From Acidobacteriota bacterium (lineage in GTDB: Bacteria; Acidobacteriota; Thermoanaerobaculia; Multivoradales; Multivoraceae), in NCBI GenBank assembly GCA_026707545.1, contig JAPOWR010000001.1:1329778-1393777 (forward strand): a stretch of 64,000 nt of DNA, read 5' to 3'. Position numbers and translations under genes: made by a program. Of the stretch, positions 12,543 to 21,811 are shown piece by piece; position 1 is the stretch's first letter; each line of letters starts with the position of its first letter. The notes beneath the pieces are model-generated. The model ran no database searches. It was not told the origin of the DNA and was given only the letters and a program-made list of their open reading frames with translations.

Positions 12543-13031
12543 CTAGGCTTCGGTCTGGAGCATGGGCTTCTTGTGGAACACCGCGGCGCCGATCACACCG
12601 CCGATGGCGGAGAAGACGACGTCGACGACCAGGCTGATCAGGAATCCGACCAATCCGACTGCCGCCATGGCGCCGGCGGCCTCTTCGCCCCCGAAGGCCT
12701 CGAGCACCTCGGGCGGTACTCCCTCGATCCCCTCCATGATCGACCGGGCCATCTCCATCGGATCACCGACGATCGCCGCCATCGGGATCGCCACGATGGC
12801 GCCGACCACGGCGGCCGCGACGCCGGCCAGGACGCCGATCATCGCGCCATCCCCGAGAGGCGCCTTCTCGGTGGCCGGCTCGCCCCGCATCGCCAGGTAG
12901 ACCGCCAGCATGCCGCCGCCAACGACGAGCGCGCAGCAGATGCAGTTGGCCAGGTTGACGATCGGAATACTGGAGGCGATCCCTGCCGCCCCGCCGCCGA
13001 TGGCGGCCGCTTTCAGTTTCTTCGGTGTCAT
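12543..13031 (-). CDS. Small multi-TM membrane protein, paralog B of a tandem pair (unknown function)
   Basis: Start taken at MTPKKLKAAAIGG (ATG 13031..13029), by analogy with paralog A. Shares the CCALVVGGG and FSAIGGVIGAA blocks. Confidence 0.5.
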   Translation of the reverse strand: MTPKKLKAAAIGGGAAGIASSIPIVNLANCICCALVVGGGMLAVYLAMRGEPATEKAPLGDGAMIGVLAGVAAAVVGAIVAIPMAAIVGDPMEMARSIMEGIEGVPPEVLEAFGGEEAAGAMAAVGLVGFLISLVVDVVFSAIGGVIGAAVFHKKPMLQTEA

Positions 13032-13079
13032 GAAGTCTCCTCGGACTGTCGAACTCGAGAGCACGCCGATCAAGACGCT

Positions 13080-13652
13080 CTACGGGTTCTCGGGTGGCAA
13101 GTTTCGGGGCATCTGTTGCACGATCTGGCCGACCGCCGCCCAGACCAGGATGGCGATCGGCGCTGCCGCCAGTACGGCGGTCACAAACCGGCTCGCCGGT
13201 GTGTTTATCGGCAGTAGCCAGTCGATCGCCGTCGGCGTGAGGAACAGGAGAATGCGCCTGGGCTTCTCGAGTAGCCAGTCGCGCGTGGGACGAAACAGCG
13301 GCAGCACGATCAGCCCCAGAGTGAAGCCGGCGTAGAAACCGAAGCAGCGGTGGCACACGGCCAGGGGGTGGCCTGCCAGATGGAAGCTGCGTTCGGCGAT
13401 CTGGTGGCAGACCGGCGCGAACGCTTCGTAGAGCAGCGCCGCCGCCTGTCCTCCCGAAGCGGCCAGGAACGGCGTGGCGACCACCAATCCGATCACCAGG
13501 CAGCACAGCACGGCCAGCGTTGCGGTCACCGCCAACGTAGCGGGGCTCGCCACGAACGGTGCGGTCCCCCCGATGTCAGAAGCCGCCGCCCCGAGCCGTC
13601 CCACAGGCCCGGCGGCAGATTGGGGTGAAACCCCGAGCCGACGGCGTAGCAT
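13080..13652 (-). CDS. DUF2085-like membrane protein
   Basis: 190 aa. Conserved Cys/His pattern (CHQIAERSF...CHRCFGFY) between TM helices. First gene of the minus-strand trio with the two paralogs. Confidence 0.5.
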   Translation of the reverse strand: MLRRRLGVSPQSAAGPVGRLGAAASDIGGTAPFVASPATLAVTATLAVLCCLVIGLVVATPFLAASGGQAAALLYEAFAPVCHQIAERSFHLAGHPLAVCHRCFGFYAGFTLGLIVLPLFRPTRDWLLEKPRRILLFLTPTAIDWLLPINTPASRFVTAVLAAAPIAILVWAAVGQIVQQMPRNLPPENP

Positions 13653-13732
13653 CGCGGGCTAGTGTAGCGACTGGACTCCGGCGACGGAGGCCGTCCCACC
13701 CGCCGGTATGATCGCGCCGTGAGGAGCGATCG

Positions 13733-15031
13733 TTGAGCGGCTGGAACACGATTCCCGAACTCGGCGACCTGATCGGCCAGGAAGTAAGGCTGCGCGGCTG
13801 GGTTGACGCCCGGCGGTCCAGCGGCAGGATCGGCTTCATTCGCCTGCGGGAATCGGGCGCCACGGTGCAGCTCGTGATCAGCCGAAAGGAGGTGGACGAC
13901 GCCTCCTGGGAGGTGCTCCAGCACGCCGCCCAGGAGTCGACCGTCGCCGCCACCGGCACCGCCGCCGCCGACCCGCGCTCCCCCGGCGGAGTCGAGGTTC
14001 ACGTCTCCTCCCTGGCGCTGGTCCACGGCGCCGATGGCTACCCGATCACGCCGAAGGAACACGGCACCGCGTTCCTGATGGATCATCGCCATCTCTGGCT
14101 GCGCTCCAGCCGCCAGCGGGCGGTGCTGCGGATCCGCAGCGAGGTATGCCAGGCGATCCACGACTTCCACCGTGAACGCGGCTACTACCTCGTCGATTCG
14201 CCGATCCTGACGCCAGCCGCCTGCGAGGGCACGTCGACGCTGTTCGAGACGCCGTACTTCGACCACGGCAATGCCTACCTGAGCCAGTCGGGGCAGCTCT
14301 ATCTCGAACCGGCGGCGGCCGCCCTGGGCAAGGTCTACTGCTTCGGCCCCACCTTCCGGGCCGAGAAGTCGAAGACCCGGCGCCACCTGATGGAGTTCTG
14401 GATGGTCGAGCCGGAAGCCGCCTTTCTCGACTTCGACGGCCTGTGCGAGCTGGCCGAGGACTTCCTCGTCTACCTGGCCGGCCGCGTGCTCGAGAACTGC
14501 GGCGACCCGTTGGCCCTCCTGGAGCGCGACGTTTCGAAGCTCGAAGCCATCCAGAAGCCCTTTCCGCGTCTCCGTTACACGGAAGCGATCGATCTTCTGC
14601 GCCGCCAGGGCTCGGAGATCGAGTTCGGGGAAGACTTCGGCGCTCCCGAGGAAACGTCGATCACCCGGGAGTTCGATCGGCCAGTGATGATCACCCACTA
14701 CCCGACGTCGCTCAAGGCCTTCTACATGGAACCCGATCCGGACGATCCGTCGCTGGCCCTCGCCCTCGACGTGATCGCTCCCGAGGGCTACGGCGAGATC
14801 ATCGGCGGCAGTCAGCGAATCCACGACCACGACCTGCTCCTCGCCCGGCTCAAGGAACACGACCTGCCGCTCGAGGCCTTCCAGTGGTATCTCGACATCC
14901 GCCGCTACGGGACGTTCGAACACAGCGGCTTCGGCATGGGCGTCGAGCGCTTCGTCGCCTGGATGGCGGGCGTCCCCCACCTGCGCGAGACGATTCCCTA
15001 CCCGCGCACGATGGACCGGATCTACCCCTGA
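13733..15031 (+). CDS. asnS: Asparagine--tRNA ligase
   Basis: 432 aa. Class II aaRS motifs FRAEKSKTRRHLMEFWMVEPE and GFGMGVERFVAW. Length and the EFWMxEPE motif favour AsnRS over AspRS. Confidence 0.8.
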   Translation: MSGWNTIPELGDLIGQEVRLRGWVDARRSSGRIGFIRLRESGATVQLVISRKEVDDASWEVLQHAAQESTVAATGTAAADPRSPGGVEVHVSSLALVHGADGYPITPKEHGTAFLMDHRHLWLRSSRQRAVLRIRSEVCQAIHDFHRERGYYLVDSPILTPAACEGTSTLFETPYFDHGNAYLSQSGQLYLEPAAAALGKVYCFGPTFRAEKSKTRRHLMEFWMVEPEAAFLDFDGLCELAEDFLVYLAGRVLENCGDPLALLERDVSKLEAIQKPFPRLRYTEAIDLLRRQGSEIEFGEDFGAPEETSITREFDRPVMITHYPTSLKAFYMEPDPDDPSLALALDVIAPEGYGEIIGGSQRIHDHDLLLARLKEHDLPLEAFQWYLDIRRYGTFEHSGFGMGVERFVAWMAGVPHLRETIPYPRTMDRIYP

Positions 15032-15717
15032 CGACGCTTCGCGATCGACTCGAAGAGCGCCTCGGCTACCGGTTCGAGAACCGCGGCCTGCTCGACCAGG
15101 CCCTGACCCACACCTCCTTCGCCAACGAGCACGGTCTCGGGGAACACAACGAGCGGCTCGAGTTCCTGGGTGACTCTGTGCTCGGCCTGATCGCGGCCGA
15201 CTGCCTCTTCAGGAACCTCCCGGTCGCCCCCGAAGGCGACCTGTCGCGGGTGAAGTCCCACGTCGTGAGCGCCGAAGCCCTGGCGCAGCGGGCGCGGCTC
15301 CTGGAGCTCGGTTCGGCGCTGCGCCTCGGCCGCGGCGAGGAGCGCTCCGGCGGCCGGGACAAGCAATCGCTCCTAGCGTGCGCGCTAGAGGCCGTGATCG
15401 GGGCCGTCTTCCTCGATGGGGGTCTTGAAGCGGTCCGGGACGTGGTCGAGCCGTGGATCGAGGCCGAGGCCATCGAGTCCGCCGACGCCTCCGATGCAAA
15501 GTCCATGCTGCAGGAGCTGCTCCAGGGCCAGGGCCTCGATCCCCCCGTGTACCGGCACGTGGGCCGGGAGGGGCCGGATCACGACCCGGTCTTTCACGTC
15601 GAGTGCTGGATCGACGGCCGGACCGCCGCCAGCGCCCGCGGCCACTCGAAGAAGGCGGCCGAGCGCAACGCCGCCCGAGAGGCGCTGGCCGCGCTCCACG
15701 ACGTCAGCGGCGCTTGA
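15028..15717 (+). CDS. rnc: Ribonuclease III
   Basis: Conserved N-terminus LEERLGYRFENRGLLDQALTHTSF, ERLEFLGDSV catalytic motif, C-terminal dsRBD. The only in-frame ATG/GTG/TTG starts are ~65 codons or more upstream, deep inside asnS. A CTG at 15028 overlaps the asnS stop. Start uncertain. Confidence 0.75.
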   Translation: MTTLRDRLEERLGYRFENRGLLDQALTHTSFANEHGLGEHNERLEFLGDSVLGLIAADCLFRNLPVAPEGDLSRVKSHVVSAEALAQRARLLELGSALRLGRGEERSGGRDKQSLLACALEAVIGAVFLDGGLEAVRDVVEPWIEAEAIESADASDAKSMLQELLQGQGLDPPVYRHVGREGPDHDPVFHVECWIDGRTAASARGHSKKAAERNAAREALAALHDVSGA

Positions 15718-17599
15718 ACCGTCGCTCCAGGTCACGGTCCGTCAGCTCCAGCACCACCGGCCTGCCATGCGGGCAGGTGTACGGGTGGTCGCAGGCGAAG
15801 AGTTCCGCGATCAGGCCCTCCATCTTCTCCGCGGACAGCGCCTGGTGCATCTTGACCGCTGCCCGGCAGGCGCGGCTGGCCGCCAACTGGGTCAGGAGGT
15901 ACTCGGCCAGGGCCTCCTCCTCGCTCGGAAGCTCGTCCCCGGCGGCGACCCGGGTGGCGATCCGCAGCACCAGACTCTCCGCTTCGACGTCGGGCAGCAC
16001 TGCCGGAATCGCCGTGATCGCGGCGCTGCCGCCGGAGAGGCTGCTGACCGAGAAGCCACACCGCTCCAGCCCCGCGGAGCACTCCGCGAGCGCCGCGTGT
16101 TCGGCCGCCGAGAGTTCCAGAACCCGTGGCACGAGGAGGGTCTGGCTGGCGGACTGCTGCTCGCCAAGACTGCGGCGAAACCGCTCGTACAGGATGCGCT
16201 CGTGGGCCACGTGCTGGTCCACGACCAGCAGCGATTCCGGCCCCTCGAGCAGGACCATCGTGCCCTTGTACTGCCCGATCAGCCGGAGCGAGTCCCGGCC
16301 GCGGCCCGACAGCGGCACCGGAGTGGAGGGCTGAGGGCTGTAGGCGACCTCGGCCAGCTTCCCCGCCGGGGCGGCCTGCGCACCGCCATACCGGCTGGCG
16401 AGTTTCTCGGCCCAGTCGGGAGCTTCCGGTGCCGGATCGCTCTCCTCCCGATCACCTCCGCGGTCCCAGGCCATCGCGACTTCCGTTTCCCGGACCTCGC
16501 CGGCGCCGGTCCAGCCCGGAGGCGCCATCGGGCCATCGGGCTCGCGCAGTGGCGCCGGCTCTACGCCCTTCGCCGCCTCGAGTCCGGCCCGTAGCGCGTT
16601 GCCGACACGTCCGAGCACCGCCGCGTCGCGGAAGCGGACTTCCGCCTTCTGGGGATGGACGTTGACGTCGACCGACTCGGGCGGTAAATCGAGGAACAGG
16701 AACATCGCCGGCGCCGGGCCGCCCTTCAGCAAGTCCTTCACGGCCTTGTAGTAGATCCCGAGCACCGCCCGATCGCGCAGCAGGCGCCCGTTGACGAAGA
16801 CGAACTGGCGCCTACCTCTTGCGGTTTCGCTGTCGCCGATGAAGCCATCGATTCCCTGCCGCCTCCTCGGCTCCGGCAGCGGTGTGAGGTGGTGCACAAG
16901 GTCCGCACCGAAGAGTTGACCGATCCGCTCCAGGCGACCGGCCGAGTCGGTCTCGGTGGCCTGGACCCGCAGCACTTCCCGTCGCGGAGCACCGCTGATC
17001 AGGCTGTGCCCCATGACGAACGTCACATCTGGCCGAGCCAGGGCATAACCCTGCACTACCATCGTCGCCTGCCTCAACTCGGTCGGCGCCCGCTTCAGGA
17101 ACTGTTTGCGCGCCGGCACGTTATAGAAGAGCGACTCCACCGTCACCGTCGTGCCGCGGGGATGAGCCACCGGTTCGTTGATCGTGACCTCGCCCCCCTC
17201 GATGCGGATCCGATGGCCGTCGCCGGCGTTGCGGGCAGTCTGCAGTTCGCATCTCGAAACAGCGGCGATCGAAGACAGCGCCTCGCCCCGGAAACCCAGA
17301 GTCCCGACGTGGAGAAGATCCTCGAAGGAGGCGATCTTGCTCGTCGCATGGCGTTCGAGTGCCAGAAGCACGTCCCCTGCGGCGATTCCGGCGCCGTCGT
17401 CCCCGACCGCGATCCGGTCGTTGCCGCCATTCACCAGGTCGATCTCGATCCGGGTCGCTCCGGCGTCGAGCGCGTTCTCGACCAGTTCCTTGACCACCGA
17501 CGACGGACGCTCGACGACCTCGCCGGCCGCGATCTTGGAGATCAGGGTGTCGGCAAGCCGCCGCAGCGGACGGTCCGCCGGCGTGCGGTCCGGCCCCAT
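15704..17599 (-). CDS. mutL: DNA mismatch repair protein MutL
   Basis: 631 aa. GHKL ATPase N-terminus (IAAGEVVERPSSVVKELVENALDAGA). C-terminal dimerisation domain. Confidence 0.9.
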   Translation of the reverse strand: MGPDRTPADRPLRRLADTLISKIAAGEVVERPSSVVKELVENALDAGATRIEIDLVNGGNDRIAVGDDGAGIAAGDVLLALERHATSKIASFEDLLHVGTLGFRGEALSSIAAVSRCELQTARNAGDGHRIRIEGGEVTINEPVAHPRGTTVTVESLFYNVPARKQFLKRAPTELRQATMVVQGYALARPDVTFVMGHSLISGAPRREVLRVQATETDSAGRLERIGQLFGADLVHHLTPLPEPRRRQGIDGFIGDSETARGRRQFVFVNGRLLRDRAVLGIYYKAVKDLLKGGPAPAMFLFLDLPPESVDVNVHPQKAEVRFRDAAVLGRVGNALRAGLEAAKGVEPAPLREPDGPMAPPGWTGAGEVRETEVAMAWDRGGDREESDPAPEAPDWAEKLASRYGGAQAAPAGKLAEVAYSPQPSTPVPLSGRGRDSLRLIGQYKGTMVLLEGPESLLVVDQHVAHERILYERFRRSLGEQQSASQTLLVPRVLELSAAEHAALAECSAGLERCGFSVSSLSGGSAAITAIPAVLPDVEAESLVLRIATRVAAGDELPSEEEALAEYLLTQLAASRACRAAVKMHQALSAEKMEGLIAELFACDHPYTCPHGRPVVLELTDRDLERRFKRR

Positions 17600-18363
17600 C
17601 AGGAGGCCACGTCCCGCAGGGTCCGCTGCATCACGCCGTAGCTTCGCAGCTCCCGGCCCAGGAAGGCGCGCCGGACCTCGCGCGCCACGGCCTCGACCGC
17701 CTTGAGCGTCGACTCCTCGAACCCCCCGTTCTCCTGCAGCCGCACGAGGTCGGCGCCGCCGATGCGGCGCAGGAAGGACAGCGCCGGCTCACCGATCCGG
17801 CGGTTCGCGCCCGCACCGGCGCCGCAGGAGGCGCACAGCAGACCGGCGGCGTCGACGGCCAGAACCGCCTCGTCACCGAGCGCGTCGCCGCAGGAGGGGC
17901 AGTGCCGGGGCGTCGGGAACACACCGGAGAGCCGGAGCGTCCAGCATTCCAGGTAGCGGGCCGCCAGCGAGCGATCGCAGCCGGTGGTCAGTGCCTGCAC
18001 GGTCGTATCCAGCAGCCGATAGAGATGATTGTCCGGCTCGTTCTCCTGCGCGAACACCTGCATGTGCTCGGCGAGGTACGAGGAAACGAGGATCCCCTCC
18101 AGGTCGGCGTGGAGCGCGCCGGGGCTCCGGATCATCTCCGCGTCGCCCAGCCGCACCAGATCCCTGTCGGGCTTCTCGAACCACGACAGATGCACCTTCG
18201 CGAGCTGCTGCAGCTCGCCGCCGAAGCGGCTGAAGCGGGCTCGGGCGCTGCGCGCGGCTCCTCGTTTCAACCCCCAGTCGCGGCTGAGAAAGACGACGAT
18301 CCGGTCCCGCTCGTGAAGATCGATCGTCTGAAGCAGCAGTGCCTCCCCGCTTCGCCGCTTCAT
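17599..18363 (-). CDS. recO: DNA repair protein RecO
   Basis: 254 aa. RecO-like, with a C4 zinc motif (CPSCG...CASCG). Confidence 0.8.
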   Translation of the reverse strand: MKRRSGEALLLQTIDLHERDRIVVFLSRDWGLKRGAARSARARFSRFGGELQQLAKVHLSWFEKPDRDLVRLGDAEMIRSPGALHADLEGILVSSYLAEHMQVFAQENEPDNHLYRLLDTTVQALTTGCDRSLAARYLECWTLRLSGVFPTPRHCPSCGDALGDEAVLAVDAAGLLCASCGAGAGANRRIGEPALSFLRRIGGADLVRLQENGGFEESTLKAVEAVAREVRRAFLGRELRSYGVMQRTLRDVAS

Positions 18364-18378
18364 GCTTCCACCCGCCGT

Positions 18379-19761
18379 TCAGCGAACCAGCCAGTCGATC
18401 ATCAGGGTGGCGAGGCCGAAGTACACCAGGATGCCCGTGATGTCGCTGGACGTCGTGACCATGGGGCCGCTGGCCACAGCCGGGTCGATCCCCATCCGCT
18501 CGAAGGCCATCGGTAGGAGCGAGCCGATCAGCGACGCGAGCATGATGGCGAGGAACAGAGAACTCGCGACCACGGCGCTGTAGGCCGGGTTCTGTTCGAG
18601 GAACGCCGCGACTCCGGCGGCGACTCCCGAACACACCAGCCCGACGACGAGGCCGATCCGGATCTGCTGCATCAGGAAGCGGCGCATGCGGCCGCCGCCC
18701 TCGCCGATCCTGCCGGTGGCCAGACCGCGCACGGTAAGGGTCATCGTCTGACTGCCGATGTTGCCGCCCATGCCCATGACAACGGGCGCGAAGGCCAGCA
18801 GGAACGCTTCGTTCAGGCGCAACTGGAACTGCTTCATCAGGACGCCGGTCAAGGTCAGCCCGATCAGGTTGACGAGCAACCACGGCAGGCGGATGCCGGC
18901 CACGCGCCAGGACCGCTCGCGGTACAGCAGTTCGTCGTCCGACGTGCCCACCATCTTGTAGAAATCTTCCTCCGCCTCCTCCTGCACGATGTCGATCACG
19001 TCGTCGACGGTCACGAGACCCAGCAGGCGGCGGCGGTCGTCCACCACGGGAACCGCGAGGAAGTCGTAGCGCGAAGCGAGCCGCGCGACTTCTTCCTGGT
19101 CCGTATCCGTGTGCGCCGTGACCAGACCGCGGTTCATGATCTCGCCCAGGGTGCGGCTCGGAACGGAGAGCAGGAGCTCCCGCAGCGACAGGACACCGGC
19201 CAGACGGCCCTCCGGATCGACGACGTACAGGTAGAAGATCATCTCGACCTCGCCGTGCTCGCGGATCTTGGCGATCGCGTCACCGACCGCGGTGTCCTCC
19301 GGAAGGGAGAAGAACTCCGTGTTCATGATCCGGCCGGCGGTGTCCTCCTCGTACGCGAACTGCGTCTGCAGTTCGTCCCGGTCGGGCCGGTCGAGCAGCG
19401 CCATCACGGCCTCGCGCAGCTCGTCCTCCAGGCCGTCGACGATCTCGACGCTGTCGTCGACCGCGAGCGGAGCGAGCAACCCGGCGATCTCGGACGGAGT
19501 CAGTTCCTCCAGCAACGGGCGCCGTTCCCCGGGCTCCAGCTCGAGCAGCACCTCGCCGGCCGAATCCGGGTAGTCCTCGAGCGCGAGGCGGACCACGAAC
19601 AACTGCTCCGTGGGCACCAGTTTCCTGAGCGCGGCGGAGACGTCTCCGGGCCGCACCTTGCTCAGCACGCGGGAAAGGTTCCGCCTGGCTCCGCGGCGCG
19701 CGAGCCGGCGCATCGTATCGCCGAGAATCTCGACCCTCTGGGTGGACATGGCGGGCCGCAT
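18379..19761 (-). CDS. mgtE: Magnesium transporter MgtE
   Basis: 460 aa. MgtE N-domain, CBS pair (DFLAVPVVDDRRRLLGLVTVDDVIDIV), 5-TM MgtE membrane domain. Confidence 0.9.
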   Translation of the reverse strand: MRPAMSTQRVEILGDTMRRLARRGARRNLSRVLSKVRPGDVSAALRKLVPTEQLFVVRLALEDYPDSAGEVLLELEPGERRPLLEELTPSEIAGLLAPLAVDDSVEIVDGLEDELREAVMALLDRPDRDELQTQFAYEEDTAGRIMNTEFFSLPEDTAVGDAIAKIREHGEVEMIFYLYVVDPEGRLAGVLSLRELLLSVPSRTLGEIMNRGLVTAHTDTDQEEVARLASRYDFLAVPVVDDRRRLLGLVTVDDVIDIVQEEAEEDFYKMVGTSDDELLYRERSWRVAGIRLPWLLVNLIGLTLTGVLMKQFQLRLNEAFLLAFAPVVMGMGGNIGSQTMTLTVRGLATGRIGEGGGRMRRFLMQQIRIGLVVGLVCSGVAAGVAAFLEQNPAYSAVVASSLFLAIMLASLIGSLLPMAFERMGIDPAVASGPMVTTSSDITGILVYFGLATLMIDWLVR

Positions 19762-19872
19762 CGTACCAGCCGGACACCCGCGCCAGCCCCCGCTGCGGCG
19801 AGTCCGGCGCCTCCTCGCCGAAGCTCCTGAGGGCTTCGGACGGACCTCTGGAGAGGCCCGCCGATCAGTCGT

Positions 19873-20337
19873 TCAGTCGGTCTCGAAGACGGCGTCGATC
19901 TCGACCGGAACGTTGAACGGCAGCTTGTTCGTTCCGACCGCGAAGCGGGCGTGCCGTCCCTTGTCGCCGAAGACTTCGACCATCAGGTCCGAGGCGCCGT
20001 TGATCACTGCCGGGTGGTTCTCGAAGTCGTCGCTGCAGTTCACGAAACCGCCCAGCTTCACGCAGCGGCGCACACGCTCCAGGTCGCCGTCGCACGCGGC
20101 CGCGACCACGGCGACGATGTTCACGCCGACCAGACGGGCCGCCTCCTGTGCCTCCTCGAGCGAGTAGTCCACTCCGACCCTGCCGCGGTACGCCAGCCGG
20201 CCGTCGCGCACCGGCACCTGGCCGGAGACGAAGACGAGCGATCCCGTGCGCACGTAGGGAACGTAGTTCGCCGCCGGCGGGGCGGGGGCGGGAAGCTCCA
20301 GGCCAAGCGCCTCGAGACGCTCCTTCACGGTCGTCAT
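19873..20337 (-). CDS. RidA/YjgF family reactive-intermediate deaminase
   Basis: Start at MTTVKERLEALG (ATG 20337..20335). 154 aa. YjgF/chorismate-mutase-like fold signature. Confidence 0.75.
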   Translation of the reverse strand: MTTVKERLEALGLELPAPAPPAANYVPYVRTGSLVFVSGQVPVRDGRLAYRGRVGVDYSLEEAQEAARLVGVNIVAVVAAACDGDLERVRRCVKLGGFVNCSDDFENHPAVINGASDLMVEVFGDKGRHARFAVGTNKLPFNVPVEIDAVFETD

Positions 20338-20348
20338 ACGGAGCACTC

Positions 20349-21272
20349 CTAAGAGTAGGCGGCGAAGAGCTCTTCGAACGCCTTGATCTGGTTGCCCGCC
20401 GCCGACGACGGCACCAGGATCGGGGTACGGATGCCGGCATCCAACCACCGTTCGACGCCGTCTCGGACCTCCGCCGCGCTGCCGAACAGCGTGCAGTCGG
20501 CAAGCCAGCGATCGGTAAGCAGGCCCGGGATGCGGTCCATCTCGCCCCGCTCCACGGCGCGCTCCACGGCTTCCATCTCCTCGACGTAGCCGGCCGCCTT
20601 CCAGTAGTTGCGGTAGTTCGGCAGCAGGGCGTAGCGGGACAGCGTCTTCCGGTTGCGCGCCGCCGCCAGTCCCCGGTCGTCCGAGATCACGGTCGGGATC
20701 ATGTTGCCTACGAAGAAGTCCGGATCGGTCGCCTTCTCCCCCGCCGCCGCCAGGGAATGGCTCATGCGGGAACGGGCGCCGTTCGCGAACACCATGCCGT
20801 CACCGATCTCGGCTGCGGTGGCGATCATCCGGTCGCGCAGCGTGGCGAGGACGATCGGCGGAAGCTCGCCGGCGCCCCGCACGGCTTTGAGCTCGTCGAC
20901 GAAGGCCCGGATGTCGCCCAGCGGCTTGCCAACGGTGACGCCCAGCCGCTTGTGAGCCGGCGCGTGGCTGACGCCCACGCCGAACCAGAAGCGGCCCCGG
21001 GACACCTCGTGGATGAACGACGCCGTGTACGCGAACTCCGTCACGTGACGGGTGTAGATGTTGACGATCGACGTGCCGAACGGAATCCGTTCCGTACGGA
21101 GCGCGAGCGCCTCGCACAACGCCAGCCCGTCCCCCATGCTCGGGCAGTAGATGCCGCTGAACCCGCGGCGCTCGATCTCCGCCGCCAGGTCGAGGGTCAG
21201 CCGGCGACGCCCGGGAACAGCGGCGAGCGAGATCGCCGGGAGGCCGTTCCGCGCTTCGGAGGTCGTCGTCAT
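20349..21272 (-). CDS. LLM class (luciferase-like) flavin/F420-dependent oxidoreductase
   Basis: 307 aa. TIM-barrel LLM family similarity. Confidence 0.75.
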   Translation of the reverse strand: MTTTSEARNGLPAISLAAVPGRRRLTLDLAAEIERRGFSGIYCPSMGDGLALCEALALRTERIPFGTSIVNIYTRHVTEFAYTASFIHEVSRGRFWFGVGVSHAPAHKRLGVTVGKPLGDIRAFVDELKAVRGAGELPPIVLATLRDRMIATAAEIGDGMVFANGARSRMSHSLAAAGEKATDPDFFVGNMIPTVISDDRGLAAARNRKTLSRYALLPNYRNYWKAAGYVEEMEAVERAVERGEMDRIPGLLTDRWLADCTLFGSAAEVRDGVERWLDAGIRTPILVPSSAAGNQIKAFEELFAAYS

Positions 21273-21377
21273 GGCGGGGGCAGGGTATCAGCGCCCGGTC
21301 TGCACCGAATCCGATCTGCGTTACTCCGCCGGCCGGTCGCCGCAGTGATGGACCGCCGAGCAGCGGCGTGGCGGTTC

Positions 21378-21590
21378 CTACGCCGCCACGTCGATCTGGG
21401 CCGCCGTCGTCTGGGGCGGGGGCACCGGGTCGCCGTCGCGCCGCAGGCCTTCGAGATGGAACTCGATGGCTTCGCGCATCAGCTCGATGACTTCGTCTCG
21501 CGTGTCCGCCGCCGCAACGCAGCCCGGGAGATCGGGAGCGTAGGCCGCATAGTTGTTGGGCGCCTTCTCGATGACGATCGTGTACTTCAC
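21378..21590 (-). CDS. hicB: Type II toxin-antitoxin system HicB-family antitoxin
   Basis: 70 aa MKYTIVIEKAPNNYAAYAPDLPGCVAAADTRDEVIELMREAIEFHLEG, typical UPF0150/HicB. Starts with GTG. Confidence 0.7.
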   Translation of the reverse strand: MKYTIVIEKAPNNYAAYAPDLPGCVAAADTRDEVIELMREAIEFHLEGLRRDGDPVPPPQTTAAQIDVAA

Positions 21591-21591
21591 A

Positions 21592-21783
21592 GGGTTCCTT
21601 GAGGCCCGCCTGTTTGAGGATGCTGTTCCAGGTACCCGGCGGCAAGTCCTTGCTCAGTTTACCAGCGATGGTCACCTTGCCAGGCTTCGTCGGATGTCGG
21701 TACTGCCGGTGGCTGCCCTTCGTTGCGACGAGACGCCAGCCATCGCGCTGAACGGTCCGAATCGCTTCGCGCACGTCGGGCAT
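21592..21783 (-). CDS. hicA: HicA-family mRNA interferase toxin (conserved ~64-codon core; no in-frame stop, the frame reads on to 20800)
   Basis: MPDVREAIRTVQRDGWRLVATKGSHRQYRHPTKPGKVTIAGKLSKDLPPGTWNSILKQAGL matches the HicA/YcfA family. The frame continues through hicB and into the LLM gene without a stop. Confidence 0.6.
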
Positions 21784-21811
21784 CGGACGGGGAGCCTAGC
21801 CGGCAAAGGCC

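Noticed and set aside
19873-20448. 191-aa RidA ORF with N-terminal 37-aa extension
   Set aside because: The extension is absent from RidA family proteins. The internal ATG at 20337 gives the canonical ~154-aa protein, with a 12-bp gap to the upstream LLM gene.
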